Shown in pieces: positions 43,017 through 52,083 of a stretch of DNA of 64,000 bases. Location: positions 8,829-72,828 of the forward strand of contig CANLJW010000001.1 of the NCBI GenBank assembly GCA_947491605.1, written 5' to 3'. The translations under genes and the position numbers were made by a program. Each line of letters starts with the position of its first letter. The first letter of the stretch is position 1. Under the pieces are notes generated by a model that had not been told where the DNA came from, did no database searches, and saw only the letters and a list, made by a program, of their open reading frames with translations. Origin of the DNA: Actinomycetota bacterium. GTDB lineage: Bacteria; Actinomycetota; Actinomycetes; Nanopelagicales; Nanopelagicaceae.

Positions 43017-44141
43017 ATGAGCGGCGCAGAGTTTCCAATCGTAGGGGTAATTGGCGCTGGCCAATTAGCGCGGATGATGATCGCTCCTGCTATTGCTCTT
43101 GGAGTTGACTTAAAATTATTTGCCGCTTCAAGCGAAGATTCTGCAGCGCTTTCTGCGGAGCATGTAGTTGGTAATTTCTTAAACCCAGACGAAGTATTAG
43201 CATTTGCGAAAACTTGCGATGTCATTACTTTTGAACACGAATTGATTCCTAATTCAGTAATTAAAGTTTTGGAGCAGAACCAAGTTGTAGTAAGGCCAAG
43301 TTCTAGCGCGTTTATCTTCTCGCAAAATAAAGCCCAGATGCGAAAGATTTTGCAAGAAAATAATCTACCGATACCTAATTGGAATTTATATTCGGGGGAT
43401 AAAGACCCCGGAATTCCATTCCCGCTTATCGCTAAATCTATTTCAGGTGGCTATGATGGTCGTGGTGTTTGGGTAGTCGCTGACGAATTTGAATTGCGCG
43501 AGCTCTTAAAAATTCAACCGACGTTATTGCTAGAGGAAAAATTAAACTTCACTTCAGAAATTGCGGTAATGGTCGCGCGTTCGCCACACGGCCAAGCGGC
43601 AACTTGGCCGCCAACTCTCACGATGCAACGCGATGGCATTTGTATTCAAACAATCACGCCAGCACCAGATCTATCGGATACCTTAAAAATTTCGGCGCAA
43701 GAAATAGCCTTAAAAATTGCAGATTTAATTGGGTTGGTTGGCGTTATGGCGATCGAACTCTTTGTAGTTGGCGATCGACTAGTCATCAATGAGTTAGCTG
43801 CACGTCCCCATAACTCGGGGCATTGGAGCATCGAAGGTTCGGTAACGAGCCAATTCGAGCAACACTTACGGGCAATCTTGGATCTTCCGCTCGGCGATAC
43901 TTCTATGAGGGCTGATTTCGCGGTCATGGGAAATGTTTTGGGCGGTGCTAAAACTAATATGTATCGACCTTATCTCCACCTCTTTGCAAGAACTCCATAC
44001 TTAAAAGTTCACCAATATCGAAAAGAAGTTAAAGCTGGACGCAAGGTTGGACACGTAACTGCAATTGGCAATAACCTTGCAACCTTGCAGAGCGAAGTTT
44101 CACATGCTGTCGATTATATGAACGGAGTAGTAGATGAGTAA
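43017..44141 (+). CDS. purK: 5-(carboxyamino)imidazole ribonucleotide synthase
   Basis: [14 protein letters not shown]-grasp domain, [12 protein letters not shown]. Confidence 0.94.
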   Translation: MSGAEFPIVGVIGAGQLARMMIAPAIALGVDLKLFAASSEDSAALSAEHVVGNFLNPDEVLAFAKTCDVITFEHELIPNSVIKVLEQNQVVVRPSSSAFIFSQNKAQMRKILQENNLPIPNWNLYSGDKDPGIPFPLIAKSISGGYDGRGVWVVADEFELRELLKIQPTLLLEEKLNFTSEIAVMVARSPHGQAATWPPTLTMQRDGICIQTITPAPDLSDTLKISAQEIALKIADLIGLVGVMAIELFVVGDRLVINELAARPHNSGHWSIEGSVTSQFEQHLRAILDLPLGDTSMRADFAVMGNVLGGAKTNMYRPYLHLFARTPYLKVHQYRKEVKAGRKVGHVTAIGNNLATLQSEVSHAVDYMNGVVDE

Positions 44142-44649
44142 TAACGTAAGAGTTGCTCTCGTTATGGGCTCCGATTCAGATTGGCCAATTATGCAAGAAG
44201 CCGCCGAAATATTAGATGAATTTAAAGTTGCTTATGAAGCCCAAGTTTTATCGGCGCATCGAATGCCTGAAGAGATGTCTAGCTTTGCAAAGCAAGCAAG
44301 ATCTAATGGATTTGCTGTAATAATTGCCGGCGCTGGTGGCGCTGCACACCTTCCCGGAATGATTGCATCGCAAACCACACTTCCAGTAATTGGCGTGCCA
44401 GTACCGCTAAAAACTTTAGATGGTATGGATTCGCTACTATCAATAGTACAAATGCCAGCTGGAATTCCAGTCGCAACCGTTGGTATCGGAAATGCAAAGA
44501 ATGCCGCGTTACTAGCACTTCGAATTCTTGGTGCGAGTGATGGCGATATCGCAACCGCACTAGATGCTTATGCCATCAAACTACATGATGCCGCAATTGA
44601 AAAAGGCAGAAATTTACAGAGCAAACGGAGCCAGCGAACTGGCTTTTAG
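44134..44649 (+). CDS. purE: 5-(carboxyamino)imidazole ribonucleotide mutase
   Basis: [22 protein letters not shown]. 8-nt overlap with purK. Confidence 0.96.
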   Translation: MSNNVRVALVMGSDSDWPIMQEAAEILDEFKVAYEAQVLSAHRMPEEMSSFAKQARSNGFAVIIAGAGGAAHLPGMIASQTTLPVIGVPVPLKTLDGMDSLLSIVQMPAGIPVATVGIGNAKNAALLALRILGASDGDIATALDAYAIKLHDAAIEKGRNLQSKRSQRTGF

Positions 44650-44651
44650 TT

Positions 44652-45959
44652 TTAGTGGGTCCGACCGAGCGCTCTAAATTTCCACCCAGCTGCTAACCAT
44701 TTTTCGCGATCTAAATGATTTCGCCCATCAATAATGATTGCACCTTTAACCATTTTCTTGACTGCAATTGGATCCAAATCTTTAAACTCTTGCCACTCAG
44801 TTAAATGCAGTACTAAATCCGCATCTTTTAAACATTCTGCAGCGGTTGCAGCGAACCCTAACCGCGGAAATCGTGCTTGGGCATTTGCATTAGCTTTTGG
44901 ATCGTAAATAATCACATTAGCCCCAGCAGCATGTATTTGTGCAGCAATATCAAGAGCTGGGGAGTCCCGCACATCATCGCTATCGGGCTTAAATGCTGCG
45001 CCTAGCACCGCAATTCGCTTACCTTTTAAATCTTCCGATAGATCAGCGCGCACTAACTCAATCATGCGTTGTCTAGCACGCAGATTAATCGCATCGATTT
45101 CGCGTAAGAATTCCAAAGCTTGGCGCGCACCTAATTCATCGGCGCGTGCCATGAATGCTCGAATATCTTTTGGTAGACATCCGCCACCAAAACCGATGCC
45201 AGCTTGCAAGAAGCGCGAACCAATTCTTGGGTCATATCCAATTGCTTTAGCTAAAACTGTGACATCACCAGCTGCAGCTTCGCAAACTTCGGCCATCGCG
45301 TTAATGAATGAAATTTTAGTGGCAAGAAAAGAGTTGGCTGCTACCTTAACTAACTCTGAAGTTGGTAGGTCTGCCCGAATCCACGGAATGCCAGATTCTA
45401 GAAGTTGGGCATAAACTTCTTTAAGAATATTTTCAGCAGCATCATTTGTTACGCCAACCACTAATCGATTTGGTCGCAACGTATCTTCGACCGCAAACCC
45501 CTCACGTAAAAATTCTGGGTTCCAAGCTAAATCAGCGCCGGGGTTAGTAGCTTTTAATCGGTTCAGTAGTCGTTGCGCAGTTCCGACCGGAACCGTGGAT
45601 TTACCAACTACGAGTGAACCCGCCTTAGCGTGCGGTGCGACTGCATCTAGCGCGGCATCAACATAAGTTAAATCTGCAGCCAAACTATCTTTTTGTTGTG
45701 GCGTGCCAACGCAGATAAAGTGCACATCGCAATCTTTAATCGCAGAAAAGTCAGTAGTGAATTTAAGCCGGCCAGAATTAACTTCTTGTTCCAACAATTC
45801 TTCTAGCCCTGGTTCATAAAAAGGAACCTTACCTTTTGATAGCGCTGCAACTTTTGCAGCCTCAATATCCACGCCGATTACTTCAAAACCAAGTGAAGAC
45901 ATTGCAGCGGCATGGGTGGCACCCAGATATCCGGTTCCAATTACTGAAAATTTAAGCAC
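44652..45959 (-). CDS. ugd: UDP-glucose 6-dehydrogenase family protein
   Basis: GTG 45959 with AAGGGAGA SD. VIGTGYLGATHAA Rossmann motif and catalytic GGGCLPKD. Confidence 0.9.
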   Translation of the reverse strand: MLKFSVIGTGYLGATHAAAMSSLGFEVIGVDIEAAKVAALSKGKVPFYEPGLEELLEQEVNSGRLKFTTDFSAIKDCDVHFICVGTPQQKDSLAADLTYVDAALDAVAPHAKAGSLVVGKSTVPVGTAQRLLNRLKATNPGADLAWNPEFLREGFAVEDTLRPNRLVVGVTNDAAENILKEVYAQLLESGIPWIRADLPTSELVKVAANSFLATKISFINAMAEVCEAAAGDVTVLAKAIGYDPRIGSRFLQAGIGFGGGCLPKDIRAFMARADELGARQALEFLREIDAINLRARQRMIELVRADLSEDLKGKRIAVLGAAFKPDSDDVRDSPALDIAAQIHAAGANVIIYDPKANANAQARFPRLGFAATAAECLKDADLVLHLTEWQEFKDLDPIAVKKMVKGAIIIDGRNHLDREKWLAAGWKFRALGRTH

Positions 45960-45992
45960 GCGTTATTTCTCCCTTGATTATCTCTGGTCAGT

Positions 45993-47090
45993 TTACTTGA
46001 GCGACCCGCATGGATTTTCTTCAGCGGTTCGAGTCTTAAACTTATCTACAACTTTAGGTGATGCCGATGGCGAAGCTGAGGGCTTGACCTCGTCAATTAT
46101 CGCTTGATCCTCTTTTAACCGTTGCCATAATTCTGGAGCTAGTACTGGATCCCACAACACTGCGGATGTTACACCGTGCGCGCTGTAATTATAAAACTTT
46201 AATGGAACCGTTAGCGTTCTAACTTTTGCTGCCGATAGATTTCGTAATTGTTTGCCAAGGGTTAGCAAGTCGCCCTTATTTAGCGCTTCATCAGTTGTGA
46301 CAGCTGCTAAAGCAGAATTTAAAAAGCTCACTAGTTTAATTGGGTTTAGCAGTACACCCGAACTTGTAGCTTTTCTGAGTACTGCGCTCATAAATTGTTG
46401 TTGCCGTTGCATTCGACCTAGATCGCCCATGCCATCAAAGTCTCTTGTGCGAACATACTTAAGCGCTTCAATGCCATCAAGAGTGTGCACACCTGCACTC
46501 ATAACCAAGTGGCTCTTTGGATCATTAATATCTACTTTGGAACAAACTTGAATGCCACCGAGCGCATCAATCATTTGAGCAAAGCCCGCAAAATTCATTT
46601 CTACATAATGATCTATTCGAAGTGTGGTCATCTCTTCAATAGTTTGAATTAAAAGTGGTGCGCCACCCCAATTAAATGATGAGTTAATTTTTGAGTAGAC
46701 CGAAGCACGAATTTTGCCAGAGCTATCGGTATAGCTAGGAATAAGCGCAAAAGTATCGCGCGGAATTGAGATCAATACCGCTTTATCGCGCTTCTTAGAG
46801 ATATGAACCAACAACATTGTGTCGGAGCGTTTACCGGCAGCTGTCTTAACGCTGCCGACTCGGAGCTCTTTAAGTTGGGCTTTTGTTAAACCTTCTCGAG
46901 TATCCGAACCAACTAAAAGGTAATTAACCGCCGAAGATGATTTTCCCGGACGATTTCCTAACCCACCGAATGCATCAACACGATTTATCGATGCGGTAAT
47001 TCTGCTAAGTCCAAAAGTAGCAATTGCGGAAATCGCGACAATAGCGATAGAGAGAATGGTAAAAAACCGAATTGCCCGCGTTGATTTCAC
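45993..47090 (-). CDS. LCP (LytR-CpsA-Psr) family glycopolymer transferase
   Basis: N-terminal TM anchor. LLVGSDTR, RSDTMLLVH, SIPRD, GGAPL motifs. Confidence 0.9.
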   Translation of the reverse strand: MKSTRAIRFFTILSIAIVAISAIATFGLSRITASINRVDAFGGLGNRPGKSSSAVNYLLVGSDTREGLTKAQLKELRVGSVKTAAGKRSDTMLLVHISKKRDKAVLISIPRDTFALIPSYTDSSGKIRASVYSKINSSFNWGGAPLLIQTIEEMTTLRIDHYVEMNFAGFAQMIDALGGIQVCSKVDINDPKSHLVMSAGVHTLDGIEALKYVRTRDFDGMGDLGRMQRQQQFMSAVLRKATSSGVLLNPIKLVSFLNSALAAVTTDEALNKGDLLTLGKQLRNLSAAKVRTLTVPLKFYNYSAHGVTSAVLWDPVLAPELWQRLKEDQAIIDEVKPSASPSASPKVVDKFKTRTAEENPCGSLK

Positions 47091-47096
47091 CGTTGT

Positions 47097-47102
47097 AGCG
47101 TA
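47097..47102 (-). promoter_or_regulatory. -10-like TANNNT hexamer, candidate leaderless promoter of the LCP gene
   Basis: Minus strand TACGCT, then 6 nt, then GTG 47090. Confidence 0.45.
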
Positions 47103-47126
47103 ATTGGGCGCTACGGTTTAGGGGCT

Positions 47127-48125
47127 ATGACAAGCCCAATTCGAGCAGGTAAAACTGCGCACTCTATTTTTCCTGCAGTATCTGTGGTTTTACCAGTATT
47201 GAATGAAGCAATGCACCTCAAACAATCGATCGCCACAATACTTTCACAGAGTTATCAAGGCGAAATCGAAGTGATTATGGCGATTGGGCCATCGCATGAT
47301 GGCACAGCTGAAATTGCCCGCGAAATTTTGCGCCAAGATTCTCGAGTAAAGATGGTAGAAAATCCTTCTGGGAGAACTCCTAATGGTCTTAATCTAGCAA
47401 TCGCAAAAGCTCGTTTTGAAATTATCGTACGAATTGACGGGCATTCTGAAATTGATAAAACTTATATTGCCGATGCCGTTGAAACTATGGAAAAAACTGG
47501 CGCAGTAAATGTTGGTGGCATCATGGCCGCTGTCGGAATTACTAATTTTCAAAAAGCAACAGCGCGCGCTATGCGTTCTGTAATTGGAGTTGGGCCCTCA
47601 AAATTTCATACCGGCGGCAAATCTGGTCCAGCAGAGACCGTTTATCTCGGCGTCTTTAAGAAAAACGCACTCCTTAATATCGGAGGATTTGATGAGCGAT
47701 TTATTAGAGCGCAAGACTGGGAAATGAATTATCGGTTGCGTAAAGCAGGCGGTGCAATTTGGTTTGATCCGCGGTTAGTTGTTACCTATCGGCCTCGCTC
47801 CGATATTCGAAAACTCGCACGGCAATATTTTGAATATGGCAGATGGCGAAGAGCCGTTGCGCGCTCCTATCCAGAAACTGTGAGCGCTCGATATTTAGCT
47901 GCACCAATGGCTTTTTTAATCAATTTTTTCTCGATTAGCTGCGGCTTAATAATTCATAATATATTTTTAATTCCAGTTTTAGGATATTTAACTTTACTTA
48001 CTTTAGGTGGGTTATTTATCGGAAAAAGTTGGCAAGAACGAATTCGATTGCCCTTTATTCTGATTGCAATGCATATGTCTTGGGGTTGGGGATTTATCTC
48101 CTCGCCTCGTAAGCTAATGTCCTGA
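47127..48125 (+). CDS. family-2 glycosyltransferase with C-terminal TM segments
   Basis: VSVVLPVLNE start of the GT-A fold, DGHS (DxH-type), QDWE. Hydrophobic C-terminal third. Confidence 0.85.
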   Translation: MTSPIRAGKTAHSIFPAVSVVLPVLNEAMHLKQSIATILSQSYQGEIEVIMAIGPSHDGTAEIAREILRQDSRVKMVENPSGRTPNGLNLAIAKARFEIIVRIDGHSEIDKTYIADAVETMEKTGAVNVGGIMAAVGITNFQKATARAMRSVIGVGPSKFHTGGKSGPAETVYLGVFKKNALLNIGGFDERFIRAQDWEMNYRLRKAGGAIWFDPRLVVTYRPRSDIRKLARQYFEYGRWRRAVARSYPETVSARYLAAPMAFLINFFSISCGLIIHNIFLIPVLGYLTLLTLGGLFIGKSWQERIRLPFILIAMHMSWGWGFISSPRKLMS

Positions 48126-48185
48126 AAGCTCTAATATAAGTAAGGTAATCTTTCGACAGAGAGATTTTGGAGAAAGCTACCGATT

Positions 48186-49010
48186 ATGAGCGCGATTGAT
48201 GTTTACGAGCCATTCCATCGGGGTTTGCCGCCGCTAAAGAAATATGCAAAGCAGCTCTTCGGTCGGCGGGCATTCATCTCGGAATTCGCTAAATCTGAAT
48301 TACGTCGGCAAAATTTCGGCTCGCCACTAGGTCAAATATGGTTGGTATTAAATCCACTTCTACTATCCGCGGTCTATTTCCTATTGATCATCATTATTAG
48401 TGGTCAAACAGACTCTGCTAGGTATGCACATTTAACTGCGGGACTTTTTGTTTTTTATATGATTACAAATTCAATAACTGCGGGTGCTAAGTCAATAACT
48501 GCGGGTGGCCGTCTCATTCTTAATTCAGCATTTCCACGAATTATGTTGCCAATAGCTGCATCAGTAGTTGCACTATTTAAGTTTATTCCTACCCTAATCG
48601 TGCTATTTGCAATCCATTTAATTCTCGGACTACCAATTACTTATGCGCTATTTTGGGCAATTCCACTTATCTTTATTTTTTATATTTTTTCGCTGGCTTG
48701 TGCAATTCTATTTTCATGCATAAATGTTTATTTCAGAGATACCCAAAATCTTTTGCCTTATTTAACTCGTACTCTCTTATATTTATCACCAGTCTTATAT
48801 GAATCTTCTGCGCTTACTGAAAAGTTAAGTATTTTAAAAACTATTAATCCGCTTTATCCAATGCTAGATTCTTGGTCCCGCGTAATGGTAAAAGGTGAAT
48901 TGCCGTTCGCCACGGACGTTTTCCAATCTCTAATCTGGACACTTGCGTTGCTCGCCATTAGTTCATATTTGTTTTTGTCGAGGGAGCGTGAGTTCGCTGT
49001 CCGCATCTAA
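48186..49010 (+). CDS. ABC-2 type polysaccharide/teichoic-acid export permease (TagG/Wzm-like)
   Basis: 6 TM, FPRIMLP motif. Immediately followed by a TagH/Wzt-type ATPase. Confidence 0.85.
   Translation: MSAIDVYEPFHRGLPPLKKYAKQLFGRRAFISEFAKSELRRQNFGSPLGQIWLVLNPLLLSAVYFLLIIIISGQTDSARYAHLTAGLFVFYMITNSITAGAKSITAGGRLILNSAFPRIMLPIAASVVALFKFIPTLIVLFAIHLILGLPITYALFWAIPLIFIFYIFSLACAILFSCINVYFRDTQNLLPYLTRTLLYLSPVLYESSALTEKLSILKTINPLYPMLDSWSRVMVKGELPFATDVFQSLIWTLALLAISSYLFLSREREFAVRI
48471..48507 (+). repeat. in-frame 21-bp tandem duplication inside the permease gene
   Basis: TCAATAACTGCGGGTG occurs at 48471-48486 and again at 48492-48507, encoding SITAGAK-SITAGGR. Confidence 0.8.
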
Positions 49011-49797
49011 TTTGAATTCGCATAACCGCGGCGAAGTTGCAGTTTCAATTAAAGATCTCAATGTGGTTTATAAAACAACGCTAGAAAAGCGGCCGACTTT
49101 AAAGAATCGACTTCTGCAATTTAGTTCTGGGAAAAAACAAACGCGAATCGTTAATGCAGTGCAAGATTTCAACTTAGATATTTCTTATGGGTCGGTTTTA
49201 GGAGTTGTCGGAGCCAACGGCGCTGGAAAATCCACGCTAATGCGGAGTATTTCTGGAATTTTGCCCCCGACTGCAGGTCGGATTGAACTTTATGGATCTG
49301 TTAGTACCTTGCTTGCGCTGGGCGTCGGATTTAGTCAGGAGATGACTGGTCGCGATAACGTAATTCTTGGCGGACTCGCAGCTGGATTATCTAGAGCGGA
49401 AATTGATAATAAATTTGATGAAATTATAGATTTTGCGGAACTTCGAGAAGTTATTGATGCTCCGATGCGCACATACTCTTCTGGAATGTATGCGCGGTTA
49501 GCATTCGCAGTCGCAGTAACGGTTGAGCCTGATATTTTAATTATTGATGAAGCGTTAAGTACCGGCGATGCACATTTTAAGATGAAGTCGCTTAATCGAG
49601 TAAAAGATCTTCGCGGCCATAATCGCGCGCTGATTTTAGTGAGCCATGCGTTAGCCACAATTGAAGAAGTTTGTAATGAAGTTATTTGGTTAAACAAGGG
49701 AAAGCTAATCCAAAAAGGTGATCCAGTATCGGTAGTGGCTGCTTATAAGAAATTCTTAGAAGTGGGTAGCAGCCCAATGATCGATGAGGATGTATAG
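48988..49797 (+). CDS. polysaccharide/teichoic-acid export ABC ATPase (TagH/Wzt-like)
   Basis: GTG 48988 after GAGGGAG. Walker A GANGAGKST, signature YSSGM, Walker B LIIDEALS. Confidence 0.9.
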   Translation: MSSLSASNLNSHNRGEVAVSIKDLNVVYKTTLEKRPTLKNRLLQFSSGKKQTRIVNAVQDFNLDISYGSVLGVVGANGAGKSTLMRSISGILPPTAGRIELYGSVSTLLALGVGFSQEMTGRDNVILGGLAAGLSRAEIDNKFDEIIDFAELREVIDAPMRTYSSGMYARLAFAVAVTVEPDILIIDEALSTGDAHFKMKSLNRVKDLRGHNRALILVSHALATIEEVCNEVIWLNKGKLIQKGDPVSVVAAYKKFLEVGSSPMIDEDV

Positions 49798-51121
49798 AAC
49801 TAAGCGAGAGTTTAAACCTCTCGTCTATTTGGTTACATCGTTTTTTGTAACTTCAATTTTAATTACTGCACCCACTTTTGCCGAAGAAACCCCAGCAACA
49901 TTTACTTTTACTGGATCCGGCTATGGCCATGGCGTTGGGATGAGCCAAATTGGTGCAAGAGGTCAAGCGTTAGAAGGCAAGAGCGCAATCGAGATCTTAA
50001 ATTATTACTATCCAGGGACCACAGTAACTTCGCAAATTGATACCCAAACAATTCGAGTAAATATCGGGCATTTACAAAGCACGACCGAGTTCGCGCTTCT
50101 AAAAGAAATAGGCAGCTTCCAATTGCTTAGCGGCGATCTACCAGTTGGTATTCCTGGTGTCGAAATAGGTAGCTATATCCGCGATATTAAAGTTAGTTTT
50201 TTAGTTCTTGGAAATTCAATAATTCCGCAATTAACTTCACCAACCGCGAAATTTGCAGCAATTTCTGGGGAAACAAGTTGGACTTTGCGATGGAGTCCAG
50301 CAGCGGTTATCACTTCAAAAATTGCTAATCAAACTTTTCAATTAAAGTATGGTCAAATAAATTTGAAGCTGCTCCAAACTAGCACGGGTCCAAAAATGGA
50401 AATCACAAATTCTTTAAGATTACATGACGAGTATTTGTGGGGGATTGGTGAAGTTCCATCATCTTGGCCGGCTGCTGCGCTAGAAGCGCAAGCAATCGCA
50501 TCTAGAACTTATGCGCTCAACAAAATAAACTCAGTTAAAAAAGATTGTGATTGTAATGTCTATGCAACCACCGCCGATCAAAATTTTGTTGGTTACGCTA
50601 AAGAGATTGAAGCAATTTATGGGACGGTGTGGAAAGCCGCAGTCACTAGAACTAATTCAGATTCAAATACTTCGTTAATTGTTTCCTTTAACGGTAAAGC
50701 CGCAGCAACTTATTTTTTCTCATCAAGTGCTGGAACGACCCAAAATGTGACGGAAGTTTGGGGTGGCACCATTTCATATTTGACTGGAGTTCCAGATCCT
50801 TGGAGTAAAGATGCAAAAATAAATCCGCGTTATTTCACTTGGCAGCGCGATATTTCGCAACAAGTTATGGCTACAGCGTTTGGATTACCGGATGTAATCT
50901 CGTATCAAATACTAGGCAGAACTAAGACTGGCAGCGTTCGCTTGATATCGGCCATCTCAAGTGCCGGTAAAAGTTCAGTGATTTCGGGCGAAGTTTTCCG
51001 CTCCAAAACCAAACTTCCTTCCACTTGGTTCGCACTACCAACTCCAGCTGAAATCGAAGCGCTAGTTGATGTTTGCGTTTTTCCAGATTCGAAATTTCCT
51101 TACCAGCGTAATCTCTGTTAA
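49784..51121 (+). CDS. SpoIID/LytB-domain protein (secreted)
   Basis: N-terminal TM/signal segment. GYGHGVGMSQIGA..ILNYYYPGT near the N-terminus. EVPSSWPAAALEAQAIASRTYAL and FFSSSAGTTQN further downstream. Confidence 0.85.
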   Translation: MRMYRTKREFKPLVYLVTSFFVTSILITAPTFAEETPATFTFTGSGYGHGVGMSQIGARGQALEGKSAIEILNYYYPGTTVTSQIDTQTIRVNIGHLQSTTEFALLKEIGSFQLLSGDLPVGIPGVEIGSYIRDIKVSFLVLGNSIIPQLTSPTAKFAAISGETSWTLRWSPAAVITSKIANQTFQLKYGQINLKLLQTSTGPKMEITNSLRLHDEYLWGIGEVPSSWPAAALEAQAIASRTYALNKINSVKKDCDCNVYATTADQNFVGYAKEIEAIYGTVWKAAVTRTNSDSNTSLIVSFNGKAAATYFFSSSAGTTQNVTEVWGGTISYLTGVPDPWSKDAKINPRYFTWQRDISQQVMATAFGLPDVISYQILGRTKTGSVRLISAISSAGKSSVISGEVFRSKTKLPSTWFALPTPAEIEALVDVCVFPDSKFPYQRNLC

Positions 51122-52048
51122 TTAGTTCTTATGCAGAACTGAATTTAGCCCACCCCAAGTACCGGTTCTTGGCAGAGCTTCGAGCGCACCGCTCTTGGAA
51201 TTTCGTCTAAAGAGCAGACCAGTTGCCCCGGATAGTTCGCGAGCTTTCACGGTTGCGCCATCTGGCAGTGAAATTATCGAGCCAGCGGTTATGTAAACGC
51301 CAGATTCAACAACGCAATTATCACCAAGTGAAATTCCAACTCCAGAATTAGCGCCTAATAAACATTTTTGACCAATAGAAATAACTTCTTTGCCACCACC
51401 ACTAAGTGTGCCCATAATTGAGGCGCCACCACCAATATCGCTGCCATCACCGACCACAACTCCCGCAGAAATCCGACCTTCAACCATTGAAGTTCCAAGG
51501 GTGCCGGCGTTGAAATTAACAAATCCTTCATGCATAACTGTTGTGCCAGAAGATAAATATGCGCCAAGTCGAACTCGATCGGCATCGGCAATCCGAATCC
51601 CATCTGGGATTACGTAATCAACCATTCTTGGAAATTTATCTACGCCATAAATAGTTATGTGGCCATAATGATTTATTAAAGCTTCGCGCACTTGCGTAAA
51701 ATCTGTGAGTGCACAAGAGCCAGCAGAGGTCCAAATTACATTTGCCAGAATTCCAAAAATTCCATCTAGCGACTGTCCATGTGGTTTTACTAATCGATTA
51801 GAGAGAAGATGGAGTCGTAAATACGCATCCACCGCATCTTTAGGAGGGGTTGCGAGTTCGATCTCGCAAAAAACATTCTCTAGTTTAACTCTACGAATTT
51901 TTGCATTTGCTTGCAGCGCCGGCGCTGATAGATCTCGCTCATCTTTCCCAGTTGGTACGCCGAGACCCAAACTATGGAATGCGACATCTAAAACCACGCC
52001 ATCAGCGGCGCGGGTGGCAACGCCATATCCAAATGCTTTTTCGCTCAT
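51122..52048 (-). CDS. dapD: 2,3,4,5-tetrahydropyridine-2,6-dicarboxylate N-succinyltransferase (actinobacterial type)
   Basis: Left-handed beta-helix hexapeptide repeats (GDGSDIGGGASIMG..). Position next to LOG as for Rv1201c. 308 aa. Confidence 0.88.
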   Translation of the reverse strand: MSEKAFGYGVATRAADGVVLDVAFHSLGLGVPTGKDERDLSAPALQANAKIRRVKLENVFCEIELATPPKDAVDAYLRLHLLSNRLVKPHGQSLDGIFGILANVIWTSAGSCALTDFTQVREALINHYGHITIYGVDKFPRMVDYVIPDGIRIADADRVRLGAYLSSGTTVMHEGFVNFNAGTLGTSMVEGRISAGVVVGDGSDIGGGASIMGTLSGGGKEVISIGQKCLLGANSGVGISLGDNCVVESGVYITAGSIISLPDGATVKARELSGATGLLFRRNSKSGALEALPRTGTWGGLNSVLHKN

Positions 52049-52054
52049 GTGAGA

Positions 52055-52060
52055 ACGCTA
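52055..52060 (-). promoter_or_regulatory. -10-like TANNNT hexamer, candidate leaderless promoter of dapD
   Basis: Minus strand TAGCGT, then 6 nt (TCTCAC), then ATG 52048. No SD. Confidence 0.5.
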
Positions 52061-52071
52061 CCAATTCTGAC

Positions 52072-52077
52072 TAGAGT
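52072..52077 (+). promoter_or_regulatory. -10-like TANNNT hexamer, candidate leaderless promoter of the LOG gene
   Basis: TAGAGT, then 6 nt (TACGCC), then GTG 52084. No SD. Confidence 0.5.
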
Positions 52078-52083
52078 TACGCC

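Noticed and set aside
48943-48987. Longer TagH-like ORF starting at 48943, overlapping the permease gene by 68 nt.
   Set aside because: GTG 48988 follows a GAGGGAG SD, and the extension (MRCSPLVHICFCRGS) is an out-of-frame read of the permease C-terminus.
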